A DNA stretch of 64,000 bases from assembly GCF_006345805.1 (NCBI RefSeq), contig NC_043013.1:1426001-1490000 (forward strand). Direction: 5' to 3'. Positions 13,779 to 53,975 of the stretch are shown piece after piece. This stretch comes from Octopus sinensis. Lineage: Eukaryota. Under the pieces are notes generated by a model. It was not told where the DNA came from and did not search any database. It worked only from the letters and a program-made list of their open reading frames with translations. The first letter of the stretch is position 1, and every line of letters starts with the position of its first letter. A program made the position numbers and the translations under genes.

Positions 13779-14218
13779 CACATACACATGAATTCATTTT
13801 GTAAGATCCTGATATGAAACCGTGTGTTGAAACGGATATCGTTGTATTTCGGGCTGGTCATTTTTTTTCTTAGAAGAACAGAATGGAGCAAATGGAACAA
13901 GAATACGCACAAAAACGGAAAGTGTCGCTGAAGAGGTCACAGATGTGTGACGAAAGATTTCCGGGCAATGGACATGAGTTAAAAAAATAAAATAAGAACA
14001 GTAATAAACGAGTGAAGAAAAAGATATATAGCGCGTGTGTTTATTTGGGGGGAATGGCCGTCCCGATATATATGTTTGTCTTTATATTCAGTTATAATAA
14101 TAAAAAAAATTATATTAATCTAATGAGTTACTTTATACTTTTGTAGAGTATGAATTCATCATTCTTAAACAAGATCATTGATAGTGACTTCGAAGTTTCG
14201 GACAGTAAAGCCACGTTG

Positions 14219-14265
14219 GACTGTCCGATGATGGTTTAACTTGCCGAAACTTCGAAGTCACCGTC
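14219..14265 (+). ncRNA. Minimal type I hammerhead-ribozyme-like motif (U4C variant) within a small fold-back
   Basis: gactgt-CCGATGA-t-GGT..GCC-GAA-ACTTCGAAGT-C-accgtc: palindromic stem III, GUC site, stem I with one mismatch. Confidence 0.55.
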
Positions 14266-14336
14266 AATAATATTCTTGTTTAAGAACAATAAGTAAAAGC
14301 GCGCATACACATATATATGCATCTATACATATTTAT

Positions 14337-14349
14337 ATGTATGTATGTA

Positions 14350-14380
<31 letters not shown>

Positions 14381-14898
14381 ATGTATGTATGTGTGTGTAT
14401 GTATGTATGTATGTATGTATGTATGTATGTATGTATGTATGTATGTATGTATGTGTGTGTGTATGTATGTATGCATGTATGTGTGTGTGTGTGTATGTAT
14501 GTATGCATGTATGTGTGTGTGTGTGTATGTATGTATGTGTGTGTATGTATGTATGTATGTATGTGTGTGTGTGTGTAGTATGTATGTATGTATGTATGTA
14601 TGTATGTATGTGTGTGTGTATGTATGTATGCATGTATGTGTGTGTGTGTATGTATGTATGTGTGTGTATGTATGTATGTATGTATGTATGTATGTATGTA
14701 TGTATGTAGTGTGTGTGTATGTATGTATGTATGTATGTATGTGTGTATGTATGTATGTATGTATGTATGTGTGTATGTATGTATGTATGTGTGTATGTAT
14801 GCATGTATGTATGTATGCGTGTGTGTGTGTATGTATGTATGTATGTATGTGTGTATGTATGTATGTATGTATGTGTGTATGTATGTATGTATGTATGC

Positions 14899-14930
<32 letters not shown>

Positions 14931-15268
14931 GTGTGTATGTGTATGTATGTATGTATGTATGTGTGTGTGTGTGTATGTGTATGTATGTATGTATGTATGT
15001 GTGTATGCATGTATGTATGTATGCGTGTGTGTGTGTATGTATGTATGTATGTATGTGTGTATGTATGTATGTATGTATGTATGTGTGTGTGGTGTGTGTG
15101 TGTATGTGTGGTATGTATGTATGTATGTATGTATGTGTGTGTGTGTGTATGTGTATGTATGCATGTATGTATGTATGTGTGTATGTATGTATGTATGTAT
15201 GTATGTATGTATGTATGTATGTATGTATGTGTGTGTGTGTATGTGTGTATGTATGTATGTATGTATGT

Positions 15269-15308
<40 letters not shown>

Positions 15309-15707
15309 TAGTTAGTTAGTTAGTTAATTTGGCTCAAAAGCAAATAGCAAGGCCATGTAGGGGGACATGGAGTTAAGTACAGGGTGGTGTTCATGTAAAG
15401 AGTTCAGGCCACTTGAGGTCCAGGGAGGCTTTGAACAAAGCGGTCGTCGGCATCTTCACCATCTCGTCTGGCAGCTTGTTCCACGGATCCGCAACCCGGA
15501 CGGAGAAAGCTCCTCTCCTTCGATTGAGATGAAATCGTCGCAGGTAGAGCTTTTCGGAATGACCCCGCAGCCGACGCTCCGGCGCAGGAGTGAAGAACAG
15601 CTCTTTCGAGAGGTTACACTTCCCGCTTATGTATGTATGTATGTGTGTATGTATGTATGTATGTATGTGTGTGTGTGTATGTATGTATGTATGTATGTAT
15701 GTATGTA

Positions 15708-15738
<31 letters not shown>

Positions 15739-15831
15739 ATGTATGTATGTATGTATGTGTGTATGTATGTATGTATGTATGTATGTATGTATGTATGTGT
15801 GTATGTATGTATGTATGTATGCATGCATGTA

Positions 15832-15864
<33 letters not shown>

Positions 15865-15995
15865 ATGTATGTATGTGTGTGTGTGTATGTATGTATATGT
15901 ATGCATGCATGCATGCATGCATGTATGTATGTGTGTGTGTATGTATGTATGTATGTATGTATGTATGTATGTATGTATGTATGTGTATGTATGTA

Positions 15996-16026
<31 letters not shown>

Positions 16027-16052
16027 ATGTATGTGTGTGTGTGTGTATGTGT
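14337..16052. repeat. Compound (TGTA)n/(TG)n microsatellite fields (about 14337-15310 and 15627-16052) flanking a CR1 tail
   Basis: Seen directly. It accounts for the many YVCM/HTYI pseudo-ORFs. Confidence 0.97.
15310..15626 (-). mobile_element. 3' end of a CR1-clade LINE
   Basis: RLRGHSEKLYLRRFHLNRRRGAFSVRVADPWNKLPDEMV...FKASLD is the classic CR1 ORF2 C-terminus; (TAAC)n tail. Confidence 0.9.
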
Positions 16053-16199
16053 GTAAGAAATATCAAAGTTTACGTTTAGGTTGATCTCTAGCTGCACTTC
16101 CTTTCTTTCATTTGGGAGAAAGAAAATGGAGCGAAGGATGCTTTTACTTATATTTTCTTTTGTAAGATCATATTTTGTTTAGCGGAAGTAGAGTAAACG

Positions 16200-16652
16200 G
16201 CGGCGAACTGGCAGAGTGGTTAGCAGGCCGGGCGAAATGCGTAGCAGTATTTCGTCTGCCGTTACGTTCTGAGCTCAAATTCCGCCGAGGTCGACTTTGC
16301 CTTTCATCCTTTCGGGGTCGATTAAATAAATACCAGTTACGCATTGGGGTCGATACAATCGACTTAATCCGTTTGTCTGTCCTTGTTTATCCCCTCTGTG
16401 TTTAGCCCCCCTGTGGGCAATAAAGAAATATAATTCTTTACTACCCACAAGGGGCTAAACACAGAGGGGACAAACAAGGACAGACAAACGGATTAAGTCG
16501 ATTACCAGTGCGTAACTGGTACTTAATTTATCGACCCCGAAAGGATGAAAGGCAAAGTCGACCTCGGCGGAATTTGAACCCAGAACGTAACGGCAGACGA
16601 AATACTGCTACGCATTTCGCCCGGCGTGCTAACCACTCTGCCAGTTCGCCGC
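16200..16652. repeat. Tail-to-tail inverted pair of family A SINEs (arms about 220 bp)
   Basis: Arms at 16200-16425(+) and 16437-16652(-) with a spacer of about 10 nt. Confidence 0.93.
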
Positions 16653-17164
16653 AGAGTATGCGAATGGATGTTCTATCGTGTCTTATCGATCGTGAGTTGA
16701 GACGAGCAGTGGAAGTTGTAGGAAGTTTCTGAACAGAACATGTTCTTTTGCATTGCTACATATTACTGATCTGTCGGGAATATGTATCAAGAAATGTTAT
16801 AGAAACTAAACTGGCAAATTAGACAATGGTGGGCACGAACTTTTCCACGAATCTGTTTTATGCAAAGAATACGAAAGTCTTCAGATGACCTTTATGAGTT
16901 AGGAGGTATTTAAATGTTTTCATTTTATGTTAATAAGGTTAGAAAAAATGTCATCTTCATTCAACAGTCTAACGCCATCTTTTTTTTGTGATGACGTTTT
17001 ACTCACAAACAGAAAAACACTGCTAGTCCTGAAGAGTTATAGGAGAGAGAGAGAGCTTACCATTTGTGTGTGTGTGTGAGTCGTAGTGAATTGAGATGAG
17101 GGTAGATATAGGAAGGGCGAAAAGAAGTAGACAATTCATTAAAATCTGGTTCTTTATTTTTCAG

Positions 17165-44251
<27,087 letters not shown>

Positions 44252-45310
44252 AACGGTAGGTTTTCAACTATATTTCATTTATTTTAGTTTATATCATTGT
44301 TGACATCCTTTGTAGAACTTTGTAGAACAAGGAATGCCAATATCAATTTCGAAAGGCCGAAGGACGACGTTGTCCTCTGTGGAGTTTAAACTCAGAACTT
44401 AAAAGCCTATAATGAAAGATTGTAAGACATTTTGTCCGACGCACTGGCGATTCTACTAAAACACAACTTTTATTAATAAATAATGGAACTTAAGGCGGCG
44501 AGCTGGCAGAATCATTCACACACCCGTCTTTATGTTCTGAGTTCAAATTCCACTGAGATCGACTTTGTTTTTCATTCTTTCGGGGTCGATAAAATAAGTA
44601 CCAGTTGCGTACCGGGGTCAATGTAATCGACTTCGCCTCTCGCTCGAAATTGCTGGCCTTGAGTCAAAACTTGAAACCAATATAATGGAAGGCAATGACG
44701 TTTAATAAATGGATGGAACTGATCTGATGTCGACTTAACTACAGATCGATTTCGCTGGATAATGCAAAGTTTTGAAGCGTATTTGTTCTTCGTTAAAACA
44801 TATAAAAAGGAAAAAAATATCTCAGTGAATTTCTTTCATTATTTGTATGCATGTGGTTTATGAAAACAAGGTGACGAGGTACCTGACTGATTCCACAACA
44901 GAACGAAGCTCCCAGTAGCCATTGGTTAGATCGAAAAGGGTTTTTTTTTGTCACACTGCGTGCAACACTTAACATTTCGAGTTTTGCTCCTTCTCATGAC
45001 AGCATGAATACATTAAAGCAAGCATTCGAACAAAGCGAAAATCAAGAGATGTTAAAATTCACGTTTTATCTCTAACGAACTTCTCATTTCTGTTTTTTCA
45101 TATCGAATATAATTTATTGTCGACGCTGATCATCATCGGTATCAACAGATTGAAGTATTTACTGTGTAATATCTACTTACAGCCGAACGGACTGGGCCAG
45201 CGAACAATTTGGACAGGAAGAGGAGTGGATATGATTCAACGACGCAACATTCGGCTATCTGTCACCCATATGCATATGTATGTACGTATACATGCATGTG
45301 CGTATGTATG

Positions 45311-45347
<37 letters not shown>

Positions 45348-46492
45348 CAGTTTTTAATCACTTAAATTCTTTTGATGAAGAAGCTGGTTTCTAACAAAGA
45401 CACAACACTCCATCCTTGGAATGTAGATAACAAACACAATGTCACATTTTAAACTTGAGAAAAGTCTTGCATATTTTTACTGTTCCACTTACAGAATGTA
45501 TTTGTATTGTGCCAATCAGTCGGTTGATTTCGTTTTCTGTGTGCGCGCGCATGCGCTCTCAGACGTACACAAACTCCTGGATGCGAGGCTGGGCAGCATC
45601 GTTGGATCTCTCCTTCCTTCTCTTTATCTCCCTTTTCCTCTCTCTCATACACATACTACGCAAAACTCATGCACATGCGTGGGCGGTCTAATTATACACA
45701 CACACACACATTTACCCCACCACCGTCTAATATAACTTTATTTGTCCAATTCTCATACTTTTTCTAATTCATATGTATGACATTTTTATTGCAAGCATGA
45801 GGGTCCTTAAAAGAAATCACCACCACCACCACCACCATCGTCATTATCAATGTTGTTATTGGTGTTGTGTTGTTGTTGTTGTTGTTGTTGTTGTTCTTTT
45901 TCTTCTTCTATACTTTTCTGTATAGTGTTTGTATACTGTAAACCCAAACGTTTTGGTTACGTAATTTTTGGGATGTATTTTTTGCTATTCCCAAGACACC
46001 TATAATTATAAATATCTTATTGTTTATAAAACATTCACTGTTCATCTATTAGTTTCAAGAAAATATATTTTCTGTAAATTGAAAATCAAACCTTTAATAA
46101 AATGAACTGTAAATATGATGTATGTTATACTTTTTTGACATTCTTAATATTTTTATAAATATTTTGTATATTATATGCTTTGCTTGTCAAAATGTTTATA
46201 AATTTACAGTTATCTGAATATAGCAACATTTTTTAAACATATATTTTAAAGTTATAATTGTAATAAAAATATTTTAAACTTACGACGAACAGTTTTTAGT
46301 TTGTTTATATATTGCAGAAATATAATGTTAGAAAATGTCTATTCCAAATGTTATTTTTTCTTTCAACAATAAAACTTTTCAGTAATATGGTTGAATGTAT
46401 TTTTTGTGAGGTTGTTAAATTATATAAATGTTTAATTAATATATCACAGGCTGTCTAATGCTGAAGATTTCTAAAAAGAATTGAATAGTATA

Positions 46493-46917
46493 GGCGCAGG
46501 AGTGGCTGTGTGGTAAGTAGCTTGCTAACCAACCACATGGTTCTGGGTTCAGTCCCACTGCGTGGCATCTTGGGCAAGTGTCTTCTGCTATAGCCCCGGG
46601 CCGACCAATGCCTTGTGAGTGGATTTGGTAGACGGAAACTGAAAGAAGCCTGTCGTATATATGTATATATATATATATATGTATGTGTATGTATATGTTT
46701 GTGTGTCTGTGTTTGTCCCTCTAGCATTGCTTGACAACCGATGCTAGTGTGTTTACGTCCCCGTCACTTAGCGGTTCGGCAAAAGAGACCAATAGAATAA
46801 GTACTGGGCTTACAAAGAATAAGTCCCGGGGTCGATTTGCTCGACTAAAGGCGGTGCTCCAGCATGGCCGCAGTCAAATGACTGAAACAAGTAAAAGAGT
46901 AAAAGAGTAAAGAGAGT
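46493..46917 (+). mobile_element. Full-length tRNA-derived SINE family B; related copies at 57405-57820(-) and 57920-58360(+), fragments at 1305-1490(-), 3835-3960(-), 12700-12845
   Basis: Head ggcgcaggagtggctgtgtggtaag...ggttcagtccc, internal (TA/TG)n, tail gcagtcaaatgactgaaacaagtaaaagagtaaaagag. Confidence 0.88.
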
Positions 46918-48614
46918 ACTATACAGATTTATCACCGACTAGAAATTCCCAAAACTTCGGAATAAGCAAGCAAAAAATGAAGTGTGTTTATTCTATAGGT
47001 CTTAAATTTGAAATTCAATCTTCTAATCGCACAATGTATTATGAAGAACGATTATCTCCCTTGTATAAAGTGCCCGGTAGGGAGCGTGATGTGTTTAAAA
47101 TATATTTGTATGGTTAATGGAAAAGACTAGTTTCAAATATGAAATATAATCTATATGTGAAGGGATGGTTCCGTAGTTAAGTGATTCGGTTACGCAACCA
47201 CACGGTCCACATTCAGTCTAGCTGCACAGGATCCTGCGTGTCTTAGGCCATAACCTCAATTTGAACAATGCTTAGCGAATAGAAGATTTTATACAAGGTA
47301 CGTGAACGCTTTCTGCGCCAACAAAAGCCTAAGTTATGGGGGCCTTGGCCAAACTGTTATTAAATACAACTTAAATGTGTTCAGTGTTATTGCTCACCAA
47401 CTGCCATATATAATAAACAAATAAAATAACTAACCTTTATATACAGATACAATAAAGGTCTTCCATGCTGGCAGAGGTGTGTATGTCATCCGTTTATTAG
47501 TCTTTAAGATTACAATTAAGAGATTTAAAAATCTGTCTTCAGATTCTCTGGGACTGAAAACAAATCTCTCCGTTTGAAGAGGCTAATGAATATTTTATTT
47601 GTTATTGATGAATATGCTCCATTTTGGCAACCAGAAACGATTTGGTCAAATGATAAATTGTATTAATCTATGATCGAAGTTAGCATCTTGGTTGATTGTT
47701 CTCGTAGTTTTTTCTTGCGAATTTAAAACCAAACGCTTCCGTTTCTGTTTTTAGGCTTTTTCAGCCATTGTTGGTTTCACTCTTATTTCCTCTCTGTTTA
47801 ATCTTGCCAAGTACTGACCATGCAATGAATGGGCTTTTCCACGAGTGCCTTTCAGCTCATTTTGGAATTCCGTTTTGATTTTTCTTTACTGTCTTTTAAT
47901 ATCTTCTGTTGTTTTGTCTTTAAATATTTTTCCTCGGTGAAATCCTCATCCAGTTTCTAATTTATTGTTTCTTACTTATAAAATAAAAATAAAAATAGCA
48001 GTTTGACTTAAAGCTTCGTTTGATACACAGGACACATTTACCTCATCAGATGTTCATAAGCAGAGTAAGGGTTTCAAAAGAAATTCAAAATGGCGTCAAG
48101 ATGTTTGGGTCTGTTGGTCAGCTCAGGTTGCATGGTATTAATACTACCAAAGCAACACCCGTCATTTTTTAAATTTCTACTGACAGTCCGAATATACCAA
48201 CCGAGACTTAGCTAATCCACACATAAGAGCAGGATGTTTAATCCTTACTGCGCGTATAAACCACAATCCACATATGTTGGGTGTATCACTTCAACTGTAA
48301 TCCAACCCCATCAAAATAGCTAGTCCCACACAAAGACGGTTGTCGCTAATCTGCTCAAACATAATTGAACCATGGCTTACGCGAACATCTTATCTCACTC
48401 TATGTAGTATCCAATCATGACGCTGAATAAACTATATCACAGCCCGTCATCAAAGTAGCGCCAGCATTCTGTCCGAACACGTGGACCTAAAAATAAAGTA
48501 AATAACTGGTGTCGCTTTGATTGCGTTAATGTCACGTGGGATGAGCTAACCGCAATGGACCTAAATATCAAGAAGTCGTATTAAATTTCTTTCAAACGCT
48601 CCACTCTACCTTCA

Positions 48615-48666
48615 AACATCTGATGGGATGGACGCGTCGTATGCGCCCACGAAACGAAGTCATACG
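48615..48666 (+). ncRNA. Possible degenerate hammerhead motif
   Basis: CTGATGG (A9G), atggacgc/gcgcccac stem II (6 of 8 pairs), GAA-AC-gaa-GT-C. Stem I is only 2 bp. Confidence 0.3.
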
Positions 48667-49340
48667 GAGCCTGGCCAAATTGTTGCCTAATACATGCAGC
48701 TACAATCAAATGTGTTGAGTGCCACTGTCTTCCGTTTGTTCGCTGATGTGTGTGTGTGTATGTGTATGTGTGTCTCATGAAGGGACGGTATCATCCAAGG
48801 AAATATTGGCCTAATACCTAATATTTCTGGGGAATTAATTTCCTTAAAATAATAGGTGTATATAAAACCTTGTAGTTTCTATTCATGAAAAAGAAGAAAA
48901 AGAAAATGGAGATTGGAAAGTTAATAATTGTTTATCATTAACAACAAATCATTATCGCTTTCAATCAATACTCAGTGAATTAATTAAATATTAAATTCAT
49001 ATATCCTGAGCATAATAACTTCAGAGGGGAAATATACCTTTGGATGTTTTGTGTTTTTATAGGTTCATTATGGCACACTCACATTTTGCTATAATGAATC
49101 CATAAACACATATATTATTATTATTTTTTTTCTTCTTTCAAATTTGCTTCCATTTCTTGCCGAGTGTCTTCCCGACTCCTAGGGCAAAGAAACTCATAGT
49201 ATACATTGGTAGGCCATGAAACTAAACTCAATAGTTCGTTAATTTTTTTAATTTTTATAAAAAATTTTTTTTTAAAGTTAAATTAAAATACATGGGTAGT
49301 AATAGTTCTCACATCGATAATGCTCTTCTCAATACGTGTG

Positions 49341-49382
<42 letters not shown>

Positions 49383-49429
49383 GCCTTTGCACAGTTTCTA
49401 ACGCTGGAGATGTACTACAGTGTCAGCTG

Positions 49430-49740
49430 TTCACTACCAGTGAACTAAGGTAACACCTCTTATTTTTTGACCACCTTGCGGAGTATTCGAGCAGTTCCAA
49501 GCAATGCTGTTTTCTGCAAGTGCTCCGCCCTTATTGCAGCCCCTATTTGTTCCACCTACTTCTCGAGATTTTTGCTCACTGTTCTCAGGGCTCCGACAAT
49601 TATTGGTACTACTACCACCTTTTTCCTCGACCACAACTGCTTAACTTCCTAAGTTAACCTGTCATATCTCTCGACTTTTCTTTCTTCCTTATCGCATACC
49701 TTGTTGTCAGCTGGGCATGCTATATCTATGATCCAACATA
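49430..49740 (-). mobile_element. Restriction-like endonuclease C-terminus of an R4/Dong-type LINE
   Basis: IIDIACPADNKVCDKEERKVERYDRL..EVKQLW...VVPIIVGAL...LQKTALLGTARILRKV. Confidence 0.85.
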
Positions 49741-50180
49741 GTTTATATATATATATATATATAATCAGAAAATGGAATTCACGGGATTCTATTTTCAAAT
49801 CAAATACAATTCTTCTTCTTCTTCTTCTTCTTCTTCTTTCTTCTTCTTCTTCTTCTTCTTCTTCTTCTTCTTCTTCCACAAACACACACATATATGATCA
49901 GAGTCAGAAAATGGAATTCACGAGATTCTATATTTAAATTCACAATAATCTTGCATCTGTACCTCGCAGGTGAGATGCTGTAAATCAATTGTCTTGCATC
50001 ACAGGTGTTGACTGCATCTCTTCAGAACACTTCTTAAGCAAGTACCTCACTCTTTCTTCTCTCCATTTCGCCGTGTTCTCTTAAGATAAATGTTTAGGCA
50101 GGCTGCTACATCCTACCAGTTTACATAGCACCCGGCAAGGCTTATACTCGAATATGATTTTTAATTTTAACAATAAATTC

Positions 50181-50239
<59 letters not shown>

Positions 50240-51553
50240 CACGTTGTGGTACCCAAAAGTAACCACAAACGTTTTCTGTGGGACAAGCCAATAGTAATTC
50301 AGACTTTTGCCGCTAGGAGCCACTTGATGTGCTCCTCAGGCATCAGTCTGCCGACCGGCGTCGTGGGTTGAGGTTCTACTGCCACGTAGTGCGTCTTTGT
50401 TTTGCAGTGTTTCTCCCCTGTTTGTCGATTTTTGCGATGGCTGAAACGAAGGAATAAACTGCTTCCGTGAAATCTTGCTTTCTGCTGGGGAAAACGGCGG
50501 TCGAAACGGTTGTTATGCTTCAAACAGCTTACAAGGACGCTGCGATGAGCAAAACACAAGTTTACGAGCTGTTTTCACGCTTTAGGAATGGTCACTTGTT
50601 ACTTGTTGCTTGCAAATCAACCTCGTTCGTGGCGACCATCGACCTCCCGAACGAATGAAAACGTCGCGAAAATACATGAACTGACCTTGGGGGACCGTCA
50701 CTGAATGATTGATGAACTTGTTGATATGACTGGTGTGTCCTGGAGCTCCTGTCAACGAATTTTGAACGAGGAATTGCGAATGAAAAGAGTTGCAGTAAAA
50801 TTTGTGCCTCGCTTGCTCACAGAAGATCAAACGCATTCAAGACTGAATGCATGTCGTCAACTGGAAGAACAGTTGGAAGTTGATTCAAGCCTTTTTCCGA
50901 AGACCATCACAAGTGGTGAAAGCTGATGCTATGAATACGACCCGGAAACGGAGCAGCAATCAAGTCAGTGGAAGCATTCAATGTCACCACGCCCTCCCCC
51001 CCAGTGCATCAAGGGAAGTCCAATGTCAAGATGATCCTGATTTGTTTTATCAATGCGAAAGGAGTTGTCCACACAGAATTTGTTCCTCCTGGTCAAACTG
51101 TTAACCCGGCATTTTACTTGGAAGTTCTGAAGCATTTGCGAGATGCGGTGAGACGAAAACGCCCCGACCCGTGGCAGAAGTGGGGTGGGGTGGTTTCATT
51201 ACGATGAAGCGACTGCGCGCAGAACCTTGAGTGTGGCACAGTTTTTGACTCACCCACCCTCTCTATTCACCCGATCTTACTCGCTGCGACTTCTTTTTGT
51301 TCTCCCGACTGAAAAAAGTCGTCTCAAGAAAAAGTTTTGCAGAAGTGGAAGAGACGATGAAAGAAACGATGGATGCGTTGAAAGGCATCGATTCGCAAGG
51401 GTTGCAGGACTGATTCGAGCCGAGGAAAAGGCGTCTGGATCGATGCGTTGCTTGAAAGGAATAATACTTGGAAGGCGATAAAAGTGTAAACATGTAAAAC
51501 TAATTGAATAAAATAATATTACAATATTCCGGTTTCTTTTGGGTAGCCCCTTG
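50240..51553 (+). mobile_element. Full-length (about 1.3 kb) mariner element with a pseudogenised DD34D-type transposase
   Basis: Imperfect TIRs (..tacccaaaagtaacc vs ..tacccaaaagaaacc). ATG at 50437; KFVPRLLTEDQ, ITSGES, KMILICF, HYDEA, remnant of YSPDLAPCDFFLF, YLEGD. Several stops and frameshifts. Confidence 0.93.
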
Positions 51554-51610
51554 TATATATATGTGTGTGTGTGTGTATGTGTGTGTGTATGTATATATTT
51601 ATATTATGTA

Positions 51611-51654
<44 letters not shown>

Positions 51655-51908
51655 TATTATAATTAGGGTTCAGCAAGATTTGCTTTACCACATACCGAAA
51701 TTTAGAAATACCAGCCAGAGAACCTTAGCTATTTCCTCTACTTTAAAAAAAGAGTCCCGGACAAAAACAAAGTACTCGAAAACTTTGCTGAACCCTAATT
51801 ATAAAATATTACTTAAGTTTACCGAGAATGATCCTTTTTCATGCCGAATTCTACTTGGTGAAATTCTTGATTACTAGTTAATAATTTTACCCTTTGTTAT
51901 TATTGATA

Positions 51909-51955
<47 letters not shown>

Positions 51956-52224
51956 ATATATATATTATATATATATAATATATATATACGACTTGTAGTG
52001 TGTGTGTGTGTTGAATAAAAATGCAGAAATTTGTTTCAGTTCCTGTCTGTGGTCTGAAAATGTGAATCGCTGTGCGACTCGTTTCCTTGTTCTCGTGAAT
52101 TTATTTTTTGGGCCATTATTGTACGTTCTGGGTTTGATTATGGGGTGAGTGAAAGGATATTTAAAGAGCTGCAGTCAATAAATAATAGACAACGAATCTG
52201 TATCAGTTATGGCTAACCAACACC

Positions 52225-52266
<42 letters not shown>

Positions 52267-52382
52267 TTTAGAAGCGTTCTTAAGTTTAAGCTATAAATGG
52301 CAAATAAGTGACATTTAAACCACACACTCTTCACAAAACTTGAAGAACATTTTCAATACGAAATATTACCATCCCCTAAACA

Positions 52383-52413
<31 letters not shown>

Positions 52414-53698
52414 ATTTGTGATTATATATATATATAACAACGCTATTCTTCATTAATGAGAAAATACGGTAAAGTTTATGGTAGAGCTCCAGCAAAACTC
52501 ACCTTCTCATTGTCTGCTGTGAATAATATCTATTTTCCTAGTGTCGGTACAAACTATGACACGTTAACGATGTTATTTTGACATCTGAACAATCTTAGTT
52601 GTGTCTTTTGAAAGTGAACCACACAGGATTATTGAAATAATCATGTGTTTGAGGATCATTTAGAAAATTGTTAATAAATTATTACTCACAATTGTAGTTA
52701 CCGAAACAAAATTTATAGTTTTATTGCACCTGTCCTATTTGGCACTCCGAGGCCGGCGGCTAAGCGTCTATGTGGTCATTTGATCTGCTAGAAATAGCAG
52801 ACTACTTACTCTCCTCTAATCACAATTTTATGACTGCTATCTTTAACTGTCTTAAAAAAAGGTTTCGAAGGATAATCCTGGATTCTCTGCACATTGGAAA
52901 ATGATGGAATAGTCATGGATGGAATACCTTAGATTATAGGTCCACTCGGCCAGGGCTGAGCTGCGATTTAATAGTTAAAGCAAAAAGAGCAACAACAGTA
53001 ATGGTGACATTTTTTTTTATATCAACGTAAAATTATAATGTGCATACGATTATTTCCATCGTAATTTTAGGGATGGTGTTTAGGTGTGTGTATGGAATGA
53101 GATGCCATTCTCTGAGGTTCTTTCGTACTTCAAAGATAAATACATGATATGGCTTATTTTGCAGTTGACCAATCGCTTGTTTTATCAGCATCCTTAATCA
53201 TGCCTAATCTTTTTACTTCTAATGGCCGAATATTAGTGAGGCTATTGTTGTGATCCTCTGCTTTCTTTAATAACTGATATCAGGTGATAGTCGAGTGACT
53301 TCCCTTGCTTCAGACAACTTAGTTGAGCTTTTATCATTGTTGAATAAAATCTTTTGTTTTGCAAACTTCTTATGGTGACTTCTATCAACACTTTATTCAA
53401 CAAATGACAATTTAACTTCCGGTTTCAGAAACAGCAAGAACTCTCTCATCATTGAATGCATCTGCTCTTATTTTGACATCGTTATATTCGGTAACATAAA
53501 AGAACACGACAGAAATCTGAATTCACGACAGAAATCTGAATTTATTTCTGTCTGTACCAAAGATCTAATTAAAACCCCTGTTGGTTTCTCTGGGCAAAAA
53601 CAACCCAAAATTCTTTGGATATTGCACACTAGACCACAAAATCATCTCTAATTCTGGATTACAGAAAAGCTGTTATTTCGAAACAACATTTTTGAAAA

Positions 53699-53975
53699 TA
53701 TCATTGGATTATCATAGCTTAGTATTATAATATCATTGGATTATCATAGCTTAGTATTATAATATCATTGGATTATCATAGCTTAGTATTATAATATCAT
53801 TGGATTATCATAGCTTAGTATTATAATATCATTGGATTATCATAGCTTAGTATTATAATATCATTGGAGTATCATAGCTTAGTATTATAATATCATTGGA
53901 TTATCATAGCTTAGTATTATAATATCATTGGATTATCATAGCTTAGTATTATAATATCATTGGATTATCATAGAT
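53699..53975. repeat. 32-bp minisatellite, about 8.5 copies
   Basis: Unit tatcattggattatcatagcttagtattataa, nearly invariant. Confidence 0.95.

Noticed and set aside
14280-16097. Long ORFs (up to 324 aa) of YVCM/HTYI type, and similar ones throughout the window
   Set aside because: These are translations of (TGTA)n, (CA)n, (TA)n and (TATC)n microsatellites that lack stop codons by composition.
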